A stretch of 64,000 nt of DNA from assembly GCA_038727515.1 (NCBI GenBank), contig JAVYVS010000001.1, forward strand, positions 224,001 to 288,000, written 5' to 3'. Positions within the stretch are counted from its first letter, which is position 1. Each line of letters begins with the position of its first letter. The notes under the pieces are model-generated. The model was not told the origin of the DNA and searched no databases. It was given only the letters and a program-made list of their open reading frames with translations. A program made the position numbers and the translations under genes. This document shows positions 1 to 10,380 of this stretch, in pieces. This stretch comes from Candidatus Methanomethylicia archaeon (GTDB lineage Archaea; Thermoproteota; Methanomethylicia; Culexarchaeales; Culexarchaeaceae).

Positions 1-511
1 ACACACATATGAAACAACAATAGCAGTAGCCATAGAACCATACATAGACCTAATAATAAAGGAATTAAAAGCTGAATTAACCAATGGAAACCTAAAGATA
101 AGTGGAACAATAATAAACTATGGTTCAGCCACAGCCTACAGAGTAAAAATACAAACAAAAACATTAAAAACAAAAACCATAGGTGAAACATACATAGGAG
201 ACATAGAAGCAGGAGGACAAGCAGCCTTCAGAATAGATTTAAAGGGTGTAATGGAAACAGAGGAAAAAGCAGAAATAACAATAATATATCAAAACATATT
301 CAATGAACAATACATGAGAAGCATAGAAACAGAAATAACCAAAATTGAAATCACAACACCAATAGTAAAACAAGAAGAAACACCAATAACAAGCCTACAC
401 ATAATAACGATAGCAGTAATAATCTTCCTAGCAATCATAGGATTAATATCATATAAAACCTATAGAAACTACATGAGAAAATTAAAACTAATGGAAATCG
501 GTGAAAAATAG
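1..511 (+). CDS. 5'-truncated COG1361-like (S-layer domain) membrane-anchored protein accompanying an ABC permease
   Basis: Frame open from base 2 (HTYETTIAVAIEPYIDL...SGTIINYGSATAY...YIGDIEAG); C-terminal TM helix; stop overlaps the permease start. Confidence 0.65.
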   Translation, partial: HTYETTIAVAIEPYIDLIIKELKAELTNGNLKISGTIINYGSATAYRVKIQTKTLKTKTIGETYIGDIEAGGQAAFRIDLKGVMETEEKAEITIIYQNIFNEQYMRSIETEITKIEITTPIVKQEETPITSLHIITIAVIIFLAIIGLISYKTYRNYMRKLKLMEIGEK

Positions 512-1731
512 TGTACACAATAATACTGGATTCAATAAAACTTGCAATAAAAACATTAAAAGAGAGGAAAATTAGATCAACACTAACAATAATTGGAATA
601 ACCATTGGACCAATGATAATAGTAATGATGGGATCAGTAGTCTCAGGATACTCCAATTACATTGTAAACCAAATATCCACACTAGGACAAAACACAGTAA
701 TCATATACCCAGAATCGGGATACACCCTTACACAAGACGATTTAAACTATATTAAAAACCTAGAATACATTGAAGATGCAGAACCCTTCTATGCCACCCA
801 AGGAATAATAAAGAGAGGTGGAAGTGAAATACAAGTATACATATACGCCATAAAAACAGAATTAATATTAAAAGCCATTGGAGGACTAGAAATACTCAAT
901 GGGAAAAACCCAAGTGAAGGAAGTACAATAGAAGCATTAATAGGATATAAAATAGCATACGACCAAAATGGGGAAAACCATTACAATATTGGAGACGCCA
1001 TAACAATAACCATAAGAGAAATCCAAGGGGGGAAAATAGCAAAAATAAGAAATATAAATGTGATAGTATCAGGAGTATTAAGTGAATATGGAGGAGCACT
1101 ACTACTAAGCCCAGATCAAACAATAATACTAAACACTGAAGCAGGAAGAAAACTCCTAGGATTAAAGAATTGGAGTGGAATAATGATAATATTAAAAAAC
1201 TCAGAATACATAGGTGAATTCACATCCACCATGAGGGAAACATATAATGGGAAAATATCCATAATAGCCTTTGGAGCCATAGCCAACATAGCCACAAGCA
1301 TAACGAGAGCAATAAACTTCATAAACTATACAACATCAATATCAACATTAGCAGTAGCCATAGCGGGAATAATGGCAACCATGATAACATCAGTAATAGA
1401 AAGAACAAGGGAAATAGGGGTAATGAAGGCAGTAGGCTTCACAAATCAACAAGTAATCATACTAATACTCATGGAAGCATTAACCATGAGCATAATAGGG
1501 GGAACCATAGGAATAACACTAGGAATAATAGGGGCATATACACTATCAAGCCAGGGACTAAGAATAACCAGTGGAACAACAACCATAATAATAACAGCAC
1601 AACCAGAAATAACACCACAATTAATAACATCCACCATCATACTAACACTACTAGTGGGATTAATAGGTGGAGCACTACCATCATACATGGCAGCAAAAAT
1701 ACCACCAGCAACAGCATTAAGATACGAATAA
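511..1731 (+). CDS. ABC transporter permease, MacB/FtsX family
   Basis: RKIRSTLTIIGITIG N-terminus, SVIERTREIGVMKAVG motif, PPATALRYE end. Confidence 0.93.
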   Translation: MYTIILDSIKLAIKTLKERKIRSTLTIIGITIGPMIIVMMGSVVSGYSNYIVNQISTLGQNTVIIYPESGYTLTQDDLNYIKNLEYIEDAEPFYATQGIIKRGGSEIQVYIYAIKTELILKAIGGLEILNGKNPSEGSTIEALIGYKIAYDQNGENHYNIGDAITITIREIQGGKIAKIRNINVIVSGVLSEYGGALLLSPDQTIILNTEAGRKLLGLKNWSGIMIILKNSEYIGEFTSTMRETYNGKISIIAFGAIANIATSITRAINFINYTTSISTLAVAIAGIMATMITSVIERTREIGVMKAVGFTNQQVIILILMEALTMSIIGGTIGITLGIIGAYTLSSQGLRITSGTTTIIITAQPEITPQLITSTIILTLLVGLIGGALPSYMAAKIPPATALRYE

Positions 1732-1755
1732 AATTATCTTCTAAATCTAATTAAC

Positions 1756-2955
1756 TCAAGTTAAAGAGTACAATACTATTGTGAAGATAAGTGAAGCTAA
1801 AACACTAGGAATAAGATACCTATAGGATCTAGATAAATTACTATTAAAATATTGTGCCGTATAAACATAGCATAAATGTATTGGAGAAGCAATATAGAAG
1901 AGGTAACTACTAATATAAACTCTACTAATATCCTTAACGCTAACATCTATAAATCCACCTATTATTGGAAGAGATAAAACTATTCCAGTAAGCGGTGAAC
2001 CAGTAAATAAACCTAAAACCCCTGGAATAAAGTATTCCAATATCATTAATGGTATACCCATACCCCTCAGAAAATTAGAGAGAATACTTGAAGCTCCAGT
2101 TAAAGTAAAAGTTTTCTGGAGAAGCATAGTGCTAAAAGCTGTAAAAGCAATATTTCTAACCCTCCTATCAGAAGCAGCCTTCAAAATACTTCTAAAATCA
2201 ATTCTACAAATGAAGATTATCGTTAAAACCCCTAGAAAAACCCCTAAAGTCATACCGAAATCCCCAAAGAAAATCCTCAAGAAAATAGCTGACACTAAAG
2301 AGATAAATAATGGCATTATGGAAAACCATAATGGAGTTTTAGCCTTCTCCAAAACCATATTAGAAGAATGCACACCACCACGACGATGAAAAGTAATTAA
2401 ATAACCAATTAAAATCATGAATAAAGATGTGGGAAACTGCATAAAAATTAAACTCTCAATTGACGTACCAGTTAAAGCACTAATAGTAACCATTAAACTA
2501 CTAAGAGGATACACAAGGAATATAGTATGCCTAAACCATACATTAGCATAAACAGCCAATTCACTATTAAACCCTAAAATACCACTTAAAGCCTCAACAA
2601 TGGGAGCAGACATTAAAGCTCCACCAGCCACAGGAAGCAAACCAATAATTGCAGGAGTAATTACAATAGCAAGTTTAGGACTACGTAAAACCCTAGCAAC
2701 ACTTAAACCCAAATCTCTAATTAGAGTAGTTAACCTATAAAGTTCAGCTAGAAAAGCTATGAGAGATGAAGTTAAAATTAGATACCAAGTGGAATATGAA
2801 GATAAAACCTCAAAGAAAACATTAATGAAAACCATAGGTTTAAGAAGGAAAATTAGAAAGAGGGAAGCCATGAAAAGAGTTAAACCAACATCCAAACCCT
2901 TCTTAATAAAGACTAATATGAGCATGAAGGAAGCTAAAACCACTATTAAATCCAT
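1756..2955 (-). CDS. DUF401 family integral membrane protein
   Basis: PAIIGLLPVAGGALMSAP, NVWFRH and SPIHLC motifs; start moved to the ATG at 2955 behind a GGTGG SD-like sequence. Confidence 0.82.
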   Translation of the reverse strand: MDLIVVLASFMLILVFIKKGLDVGLTLFMASLFLIFLLKPMVFINVFFEVLSSYSTWYLILTSSLIAFLAELYRLTTLIRDLGLSVARVLRSPKLAIVITPAIIGLLPVAGGALMSAPIVEALSGILGFNSELAVYANVWFRHTIFLVYPLSSLMVTISALTGTSIESLIFMQFPTSLFMILIGYLITFHRRGGVHSSNMVLEKAKTPLWFSIMPLFISLVSAIFLRIFFGDFGMTLGVFLGVLTIIFICRIDFRSILKAASDRRVRNIAFTAFSTMLLQKTFTLTGASSILSNFLRGMGIPLMILEYFIPGVLGLFTGSPLTGIVLSLPIIGGFIDVSVKDISRVYISSYLFYIASPIHLCYVYTAQYFNSNLSRSYRYLIPSVLASLIFTIVLYSLT

Positions 2956-3060
2956 CACCACAAGACCACCACACATCAACACTATAAAGTGAATTATATT
3001 ATGAAGTATAAACATATTTTAAATTTTATGCAAACAAAAATTGGGGGATATATAAGTTTA

Positions 3061-3552
3061 TTATATTGGTATACCAGTATCCTCCTTAATACTTTCAAGG
3101 GAAACTGAAGTCAAAGTCTTCTCAACACCCACAACCTTCCTAAGCTTATCCACAATAAATTGCCCAAGCTCATTAACATCCCTAACTTTAACCTTTAAAA
3201 TCATATCCCAATCTCCAGTTATAATATGAACCTCTTGAACCTCTGGAAACTTTGAAATTTCCCTAGCAACCTCCCTTTGATCAAGCTTTCTACCTCCAGC
3301 CTCATAAGAAAAGGATACAAGTATAAAGGCAGTAGTGGAAAAACCAAGTTTCTTCTCATCTAAAATAGCAACATAATTCTTAATATAACCATCACGTTCA
3401 AGCCTCTTAACCCTAGAGTAAACAGTGGTTACAGGAGAATTAACAATTCTAGCTAAATCTTTAACTGTAGCTTTACCATCCCTCTGCAAAATTCTTAAAA
3501 TCTCTTTATCTCTATCATCAATCAGAGGAATCCACCCCCAAATAATACTCAA
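3061..3552 (-). CDS. Lrp/AsnC family transcriptional regulator
   Basis: IDDRDKEILRILQRDGK HTH; EVHIITGDWDMILKV RAM domain. Confidence 0.95.
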   Translation of the reverse strand: MSIIWGWIPLIDDRDKEILRILQRDGKATVKDLARIVNSPVTTVYSRVKRLERDGYIKNYVAILDEKKLGFSTTAFILVSFSYEAGGRKLDQREVAREISKFPEVQEVHIITGDWDMILKVKVRDVNELGQFIVDKLRKVVGVEKTLTSVSLESIKEDTGIPI

Positions 3553-3600
3553 TAAATCTATTTACGTAAATAATCCATTTAAAATTTACCAAAAAATCTT

Positions 3601-4206
3601 TCAATTTAAAACTTTATTCAAAACCTCCATGAAGTTTCCACCAATAATATTCAGAGATAAACGTAGAGTTTCAATATTAAATTCCAAATCAAAATCCAAA
3701 TCTAAAACACCCTTCAAACCCCTAGAACCTTTAACCCTATATAGATATATGGTGTAAGGCTTATCACTACACCATCTATGTACAATTTCATCAGCTTCCC
3801 AATCAGGTATTGGAATAGTATGAGTAACAATTCTAGTTCCAGGTTTACATTCAAATCTAATTTTATCCTTCAACAATGAATATGCTTCACTAGTTAAATA
3901 CATGTAAATTACATTAGCCCTAGAAATTGGGAAATAAATTAAATCACCACAAACCACTTGAGCTAAATGTTGAAGCCCATACTCCTTAACTCTAACCCAA
4001 GCCCTCCTACAAAGTTTACGATTAATCTCAACACCAATAGTAAATGCTTTAAATCTACTTGCAGAAGCTATAAGGACATCGCCATCACCACAACCAAGAT
4101 CAAAAACAATATCCCCACTATTAACTCCAGCAATACTTAAAGCATCTTCAGCTACATCTAAACCACTACTACAAAATGGGGCGAGAACCCTATTAACACT
4201 CATCAT
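3601..4206 (-). CDS. Class I SAM-dependent methyltransferase, FAM173/archaeal lysine methyltransferase-like
   Basis: DLGCGDG motif I, GVEIN, VIYMYL, KPGTRIVTH. Confidence 0.8.
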   Translation of the reverse strand: MMSVNRVLAPFCSSGLDVAEDALSIAGVNSGDIVFDLGCGDGDVLIASASRFKAFTIGVEINRKLCRRAWVRVKEYGLQHLAQVVCGDLIYFPISRANVIYMYLTSEAYSLLKDKIRFECKPGTRIVTHTIPIPDWEADEIVHRWCSDKPYTIYLYRVKGSRGLKGVLDLDFDLEFNIETLRLSLNIIGGNFMEVLNKVLN

Positions 4207-4316
4207 ACAACCATTAAAGTAACACCTTTAAAAAGATATCTAACTCTGAGAATCAAACTTAAATATAAATTAAACATAAATTTTTAATCTAAATCATACA
4301 GTGTAAAAGCCTTTAA

Positions 4317-5537
4317 ATGGATGGTGTAGAAATGCCTAGACGATTAATAGTAGACCTCCTATCCATATATGTACCAGCCTTCTTCATAATGACTGGAATA
4401 TCCATAGTATCACCAATACTATCAATATATGCAAAAAGCTTCCAAATATCCTATACACTAGCAACATTAATAGTATCCATATATGCAATTGCAAGATTCA
4501 TAGCAGATATACCAGTGGGGATAATGGGTGATAAATGGGGTAGAAAGAAGGCTCTAGTACTAGGAACAATAATACTCACAGTATCAGCATTCCTCTGTGG
4601 AACAGCACAAACCTTCTATGAACTATTAATCTACAGATTTCTACAGGGATTTGGATCATCCATGTGGATGACCATGAGACAAGCAATGCTACAAGACATA
4701 CTAAAACCAGAGGAGAGGGGGAGGATAATGGGATACTTCCAAGCATTCATGTTAATTGGAAGCACCACAGGTCCAACAATAGGTGGAATACTAGCAGAAC
4801 ATTATGGTTTAAGAGCACCCTTCTATGCATATGGCTTCATGTCACTAATAGGATTCATACTCTCATACATATTCATTGAAGAAACAAAACATTACCAAAA
4901 ATTTGAAGCCACTGGAAAAGAAAATAACAGCCATTTATCACTTGAAGTAGTTTTAAAAATGCTTAAAAACCAGAGTTACATGGCTGCATGCATAGCTACA
5001 CTAACAATGTTTCTAACTAGAACAGGACTTAGAAATACTCTAATACCATTATATAGTGATAGTATAGGGATACATCCAGATGAAGTTGGATATGCCATAA
5101 CCCTATCAAATCTAGCTAATCTAGCAGTAACAATACCAGTAGGTCATGCTCTAGATAAATGGGGTAGAAAGAAGATTGTAGTATTAAGTTTAATGACATC
5201 AGCAATATCCACATCCACATTCATATTAGCAAAAGATTTTCAAGCAATATCCATAGCATGCATACTCCTAGGATTAACAACTGGTGCAGGTGGACAAGCA
5301 CCATTAGCCATGGCTTCAGATGCAAGCATAGATTACCCACATGGATTAGCCATGGGATTATACAGAGTATTTGGAGATATAGGCTTCATAATAGGGCCAA
5401 TAATGATTGGAATAATAGCTGATAGCATAGGCTTAATATATGGATTCCACTTTACAGCAATCTTCATAGCTTCAGCAGCATTATACGTACAAATCTTCGG
5501 TAGAGAAACATTAAACATAAAGAAGAATAAAACTTAA
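4317..5537 (+). CDS. MFS transporter
   Basis: About 12 hydrophobic segments; motif A twice (GDKWGRKK, LDKWGRKK). Confidence 0.93.
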   Translation: MDGVEMPRRLIVDLLSIYVPAFFIMTGISIVSPILSIYAKSFQISYTLATLIVSIYAIARFIADIPVGIMGDKWGRKKALVLGTIILTVSAFLCGTAQTFYELLIYRFLQGFGSSMWMTMRQAMLQDILKPEERGRIMGYFQAFMLIGSTTGPTIGGILAEHYGLRAPFYAYGFMSLIGFILSYIFIEETKHYQKFEATGKENNSHLSLEVVLKMLKNQSYMAACIATLTMFLTRTGLRNTLIPLYSDSIGIHPDEVGYAITLSNLANLAVTIPVGHALDKWGRKKIVVLSLMTSAISTSTFILAKDFQAISIACILLGLTTGAGGQAPLAMASDASIDYPHGLAMGLYRVFGDIGFIIGPIMIGIIADSIGLIYGFHFTAIFIASAALYVQIFGRETLNIKKNKT

Positions 5538-5573
5538 AACCTTAAAAAACTAGATAAATTCAAAGGATAAATT

Positions 5574-6158
5574 TTGATTGCAACATTAATATCAGTTTAC
5601 GACAAGAGAAATCTAGAGAAAATCCTAAAACAAATAAGTAGATTGGGTATGGAAATAATAGCAACAAGTGGAACAGCAAAATATATTGGGGAACTAGGTT
5701 ATAAAGCCATTGAAACCTCAGAATACACGGGATTCAAAGAAGCACCCATGGGATTAATAAAAACATTACATCCAAAGATTTACGCTGGAATACTATTAAA
5801 CCCAAAAATACCAGAACATAGGGAATACATGGAGAAATATGGAGTGAAATGGATTAAAATGGTGATAGTAAACTTCTACCCCTTCAAAGAAGAATGCATA
5901 AAGGGTTTAGAGAAAGCAGTGGAAAACATTGATATAGGGGGAGTAGCAATGGTTAGAGCAGCAGCAAAAGCAGCATTACTATATGGAGAAACAATAGTAT
6001 TAACAAATCCAGATCAATACGATGAGGTGGTAAGTGAAATTGAAAATTATGGTTGGATTGAGAAAAAGAAGATAATTAAATTGGCTGTAGAAGCCTTCAA
6101 AAAAACTTGTGAATATGAAAATGAAATATCAAAATACTTGTTGGAGGCGTTGAAATGA
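5574..6158 (+). CDS. purH: IMP cyclohydrolase (N-terminal MGS-like half of PurH)
   Basis: LISVYDK, ATSGTA, IKTLHPKIYAGIL, VNFYPF, ENIDIGG motifs. Confidence 0.9.
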   Translation: MIATLISVYDKRNLEKILKQISRLGMEIIATSGTAKYIGELGYKAIETSEYTGFKEAPMGLIKTLHPKIYAGILLNPKIPEHREYMEKYGVKWIKMVIVNFYPFKEECIKGLEKAVENIDIGGVAMVRAAAKAALLYGETIVLTNPDQYDEVVSEIENYGWIEKKKIIKLAVEAFKKTCEYENEISKYLLEALK

Positions 6159-7276
6159 ATATTAAAAACATAAAGAGTCTAAGGGAAATATACAGTAGAC
6201 AATTAGAAAGCGAAAATCTACCGAGAGAATTAAAGATAATCATAGATGGAGTGGAATATAGATATAAGAGGATGGATTTAGAAGATGAAACATTAAAATT
6301 GAGGTATGGATTAAATCCACATCAATCATCAGCCATATATAAACCAGAAGATGATATGGGATTCAGTAAAATAAGATTATTAAAAACTGGGAAGGGAGGA
6401 TTATCATCAAATAATATAAATGATGGATACAATGCCATGAGGATAACATCATACTTCAAAGATAAAAGGGCAGTTTCAATAATAAAACATTTAAATCCAG
6501 CTGGAGTAGCCATAGGAGAACTCAACACCAATGGTGGATGGATAGTGGAAGAAGCATGGGGTGTAGATCCAAGAGCATCATATGGATGTGTAATGGGTTT
6601 AAACTTCAAAGTAGATTTTGAAACTGCAGAAGCAATAGTAAAACAAGATAAATATGTTGAATGCATATTTGCACCAGAATACAGTGAAGAAGCCCTAGAA
6701 ATCCTCTCTAAAAAGAGAAGTTTAAGGGTAATTGAAGTACCAATACCAAAAGTTCAAGATCCAATCCAAGAACATAAAATACCATTAAACATACGGGTAA
6801 TTGGAAATACAATAATCTTAGAAGAACACTTTAAAACAAAATTAACAAGTATAGAAAAGTTAAGGGAATTAGATGAAAAAACAGAAACAGGAGTAGTCAC
6901 CAATAGAAGACCAACACCAAAAGAAGAAGAATGGATGTTATATGCATGGTGGATATGTGCAGAAAAGAGTAGTAATGGAGTAGTATTATGGAGGGAGAAT
7001 AAAACCATAGCAGTAGCCTGTGGACAACAAGATAGAATTGGAGCAATAGAAATAGCCATAGAAAAAGCTAAGAGAAACAATCATAAAACCATGGGAAGCG
7101 TACTAGCTTCAGATGGTTTTATGCTCCCAGACAACATACCACCACTAGTAGAAGCAGGGGTAACAGCCATAATACAGCCTGGAGGATCAATACATGATGA
7201 ACAAATAATAGAGGAATGTAATAAACATGATATAGCAATGATATTCACTGGAGAAAGAATATTTAGACACTTCTAA
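6155..7276 (+). CDS. purH: AICAR formyltransferase (C-terminal half of PurH)
   Basis: LRYGLNPHQ, catalytic KH in IIKHLNPAG, ASDGF, IIQPGGS; own GGAGG SD and ATGA overlap. Confidence 0.9.
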   Translation: MNIKNIKSLREIYSRQLESENLPRELKIIIDGVEYRYKRMDLEDETLKLRYGLNPHQSSAIYKPEDDMGFSKIRLLKTGKGGLSSNNINDGYNAMRITSYFKDKRAVSIIKHLNPAGVAIGELNTNGGWIVEEAWGVDPRASYGCVMGLNFKVDFETAEAIVKQDKYVECIFAPEYSEEALEILSKKRSLRVIEVPIPKVQDPIQEHKIPLNIRVIGNTIILEEHFKTKLTSIEKLRELDEKTETGVVTNRRPTPKEEEWMLYAWWICAEKSSNGVVLWRENKTIAVACGQQDRIGAIEIAIEKAKRNNHKTMGSVLASDGFMLPDNIPPLVEAGVTAIIQPGGSIHDEQIIEECNKHDIAMIFTGERIFRHF

Positions 7277-7327
7277 TAGTAAATAATATATATAGGTATG
7301 TTAAATACATATATAGGTGAAAATAAT

Positions 7328-7708
7328 ATGTGTCATTACCCACACCACCATAAACATGAAGAAGAAGAGGAATATCATCATGAAGAAATATGTCATCATA
7401 AAGCAATACCAATAAGAGGATTTGCACATCTAGCAGTATTAAAAATATTAAAGGATAAAAGCACTAGCGGAAGTGAAATACAGAAAACATTAAAAGAAAA
7501 TTATGGATTTGAAGTTCCTAGACCAATAATATATGGATTACTTAGGAGAATGGAGTTCATGGGATTACTCACATCAAGATGGGATACAAGTGAACCTGGA
7601 CCTGCAAAAAGAATATATACAATAACTGAAGAAGGATTAGAATATCTTAATAGAGGATTGGAAAAAGTAAGTAAGTTAAAGGGTTTAATAGAGAAACTCT
7701 TATCTTAA
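7328..7708 (+). CDS. PadR family transcriptional regulator with His/Glu-rich N-terminus
   Basis: IYGLLRRME...GPAKRIYTITEEG PadR signature; GGTGA SD before the ATG at 7328. Confidence 0.88.
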   Translation: MCHYPHHHKHEEEEEYHHEEICHHKAIPIRGFAHLAVLKILKDKSTSGSEIQKTLKENYGFEVPRPIIYGLLRRMEFMGLLTSRWDTSEPGPAKRIYTITEEGLEYLNRGLEKVSKLKGLIEKLLS

Positions 7709-7719
7709 ACCCCATTTTT

Positions 7720-8766
7720 CTAACGTTCTAAAACACTTAAACCCTCAATACATTTTAAAGCAAGATTTATAGAAGCTTTAATATCATCAACATGAGCTAT
7801 AGCTGAAGAACCATGAATATACCTACATGGAACAGCAATAACACCACTGGGAACACCTCCACGAGTTAAATGTATAGCGGCAGCATCAGTACTACCACTA
7901 GGAACACGTTTAAATTGATATGGAATATTATTCCTATCAGCAGTTTCCATAAGCACTTTTAAAACCTTTGGATGAGCAATCATACCAGCATCAGCAATAG
8001 TTAAAACAGGACCACGTTTTAGAAATGCTGGAATTTGATGGGATTTAACATCTGGAGTATCAGCGGCAAAAGTACCTTCAATAGCAATAGCATAATCTGG
8101 TTCCACAATCCAAGCAGCAGTTCTAGCACCCCTCAAACCAACCTCCTCTTGAACAGTGGCAACGAAAACCACATTAAACCTACTATCCTTAAGTTTCTGA
8201 AGAAGTTCCACAAGTATTAAACATCCAATTCTATCATCAAAAGCTTTACCAAAAATATAACCTAAACCTAAATCTCTAAATTCAGTATGGAAAACAGCTG
8301 GACAACCAATATCTAAACCTCTAGCTTTAACTTCATCAATACTTGTAGCACCAACATCAATATACATGTCCTCTATAGGTGGAACCTTATCACGACGTTC
8401 AGGGGGAGTAATATGTGGAGGAGTACTACCCACAACTCCATATACAAATCCACTTCTACCCTTAATCTTAATGATCTGTCCAGGAATTATTTGAGCTACA
8501 ACTCCACCTAGAGGATGAAAATATAGAAATCCCTTATCACTAACATTAGTTATTAGAAATCCCACTTCATCCATATGTGCAGCAATCATAATCCTTGGAA
8601 GACTACTATCACCATGTAAATAACCAATTAAATTTCCAAGTCTATCCACTTTAACCTCATCAGCAAATTTCTCAAATTCCATCTTCAATAAATCTCTAAC
8701 TTCATCTTCAAAACCAGGAGGCCCAAAGGCATTAGATAATTTAGCGAGATAATCTAAATTAACCAT
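7720..8766 (-). CDS. M42 family (TET-like) aminopeptidase
   Basis: AAHMDEVG, KAFDDRIG, QEEVGLRGA, PCRYIH metal ligands. Confidence 0.93.
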   Translation of the reverse strand: MVNLDYLAKLSNAFGPPGFEDEVRDLLKMEFEKFADEVKVDRLGNLIGYLHGDSSLPRIMIAAHMDEVGFLITNVSDKGFLYFHPLGGVVAQIIPGQIIKIKGRSGFVYGVVGSTPPHITPPERRDKVPPIEDMYIDVGATSIDEVKARGLDIGCPAVFHTEFRDLGLGYIFGKAFDDRIGCLILVELLQKLKDSRFNVVFVATVQEEVGLRGARTAAWIVEPDYAIAIEGTFAADTPDVKSHQIPAFLKRGPVLTIADAGMIAHPKVLKVLMETADRNNIPYQFKRVPSGSTDAAAIHLTRGGVPSGVIAVPCRYIHGSSAIAHVDDIKASINLALKCIEGLSVLER

Positions 8767-8854
8767 GAAAATAGTTATTAAAGGGAAATTAAAAAGTTTT
8801 ACCAACGAAAACTATATACAAATCATAGAACATATATCACCACAGTGAAACATA

Positions 8855-9364
8855 ATGAATGTTGAAGATGCCATTAAAATTAGGAGGAGCATTAGAAAAT
8901 ATAAGCCAATACCAATATCAGAAGAATCATTAATGAAAATCTTAGAGGCAGGTAGATTAGCCCCCTCAGCTGGGAATAGACAGCCATGGCATTTCATAGT
9001 TGTAAGAGATAAAAATATTAAAGAAGAAATCGTGAAAGCAGCTAGAAATCAGAAATTCATTGGAGAAGCAGATACAGTAATAGTGATTCTTGGAAACCCT
9101 GAAGCTTCACCAAGATGGTATCTACAAGATCCAATGATTGCAGCTCAAAACATGGTTCTACAAGCCACAGAATTAGGTTTAGGAACATGCTACATAGGGG
9201 CCTTCGATGAAAATCAAATAAAAAGTATACTCTCAATACCGGAAAACATGAAAGTCATATGTCTACTACCAATAGGAGTTCCAGATGAAACTCCACCACC
9301 AAAACCTAGAAAACCATTAACAGAAATAGTTTCACAAGAAAAATATGGAAACCCATTAAAATAG
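8855..9364 (+). CDS. Nitroreductase family protein
   Basis: RRSIRKY, APSAGNRQPWHF, GLGTCYIG. Confidence 0.95.
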   Translation: MNVEDAIKIRRSIRKYKPIPISEESLMKILEAGRLAPSAGNRQPWHFIVVRDKNIKEEIVKAARNQKFIGEADTVIVILGNPEASPRWYLQDPMIAAQNMVLQATELGLGTCYIGAFDENQIKSILSIPENMKVICLLPIGVPDETPPPKPRKPLTEIVSQEKYGNPLK

Positions 9365-9377
9365 ATGTGAAATAATT

Positions 9378-9806
9378 ATGGGAGATCTAGAGATTGCAAA
9401 GAAGATCTTAAGGGAGAGAAAATTAACATTAGCCATAGTTAAAAATAAAGAATTAATTTTTGAATCCAATGATCATGGAATAATAGGGTTTATAAATGCA
9501 ATAGAAGAATTAGGTGGAGAATTAAAGGGAGCTTATATGGCAGATAAAATTGTTGGTAGAGCAATAGCATTACTAGCAATATATTCAGGGATAAAAGGGG
9601 TATATGCAGAAATAATAAGTAAACATGGATTTAAAACATTGATTGAGGGAAATATTGAAGAGTTAGAATATGGGGAAATGGTGGATGCAATAATGGATAA
9701 AACTGGAAGGGAACTATGCCCCTTTGAAAGAGAAGCACAGGGAATAAATGATCCATCAAAAGCATACGAAAAATTCAAATTAATGATTAAAGCTTTAAAG
9801 GGATAG
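9378..9806 (+). CDS. DUF1893 family protein
   Basis: ADKIVGRAIALL and CPFE motifs. Confidence 0.82.
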   Translation: MGDLEIAKKILRERKLTLAIVKNKELIFESNDHGIIGFINAIEELGGELKGAYMADKIVGRAIALLAIYSGIKGVYAEIISKHGFKTLIEGNIEELEYGEMVDAIMDKTGRELCPFEREAQGINDPSKAYEKFKLMIKALKG

Positions 9807-9817
9807 GTGTATGGGAT

Positions 9818-10378
9818 TTGAAATCTAAAATCTTCTGGATATGTATAACGATATCAACAATGGTATTCACATTTGGAATAATTTCAGGATTAAAACAAAC
9901 TAGTATACCACCATTAGGAGAAGAAATACTAAATCCAATTAGAGAATTAGCAAAACAATACAAGCCATTTACAATATCCACATTTATGTTGATATTCTCA
10001 AAGAATCTCATTGCATTATTAACAATGTGGATTTCAGGCTTACTATTATCAATTCCAACCATTGTAAGTTTATGGATGAATGGCTACATAATAGGTTTAG
10101 TTGTAAATTTAAGTGGAAATATAACTTTAGCAATTCTTGGAATACTACCCCATGGAGTAATAGAAATTCCAGCTTTAATAATTGCAGGAGCCTCTGGAAT
10201 TAGAATTGGAATAGAAGTTACACGTAAACTTGCATCAATAATAACCCATAAAAATGCATCAATAAGGAGAGCATTAAAGGAAACTATTAAGCCAATGATG
10301 ATAAGCATAATACTATTAATTCCAGCAGCATTAATAGAGACATATATAACCCCACTAATAATGATGCTATTTAAATAA
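9818..10378 (+). CDS. Stage II sporulation protein M (DUF95) family membrane protein
   Basis: NGYIIG, ILPHGVIEIPA, AALIETYITP. Confidence 0.9.
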   Translation: MKSKIFWICITISTMVFTFGIISGLKQTSIPPLGEEILNPIRELAKQYKPFTISTFMLIFSKNLIALLTMWISGLLLSIPTIVSLWMNGYIIGLVVNLSGNITLAILGILPHGVIEIPALIIAGASGIRIGIEVTRKLASIITHKNASIRRALKETIKPMMISIILLIPAALIETYITPLIMMLFK

Positions 10379-10380
10379 AT

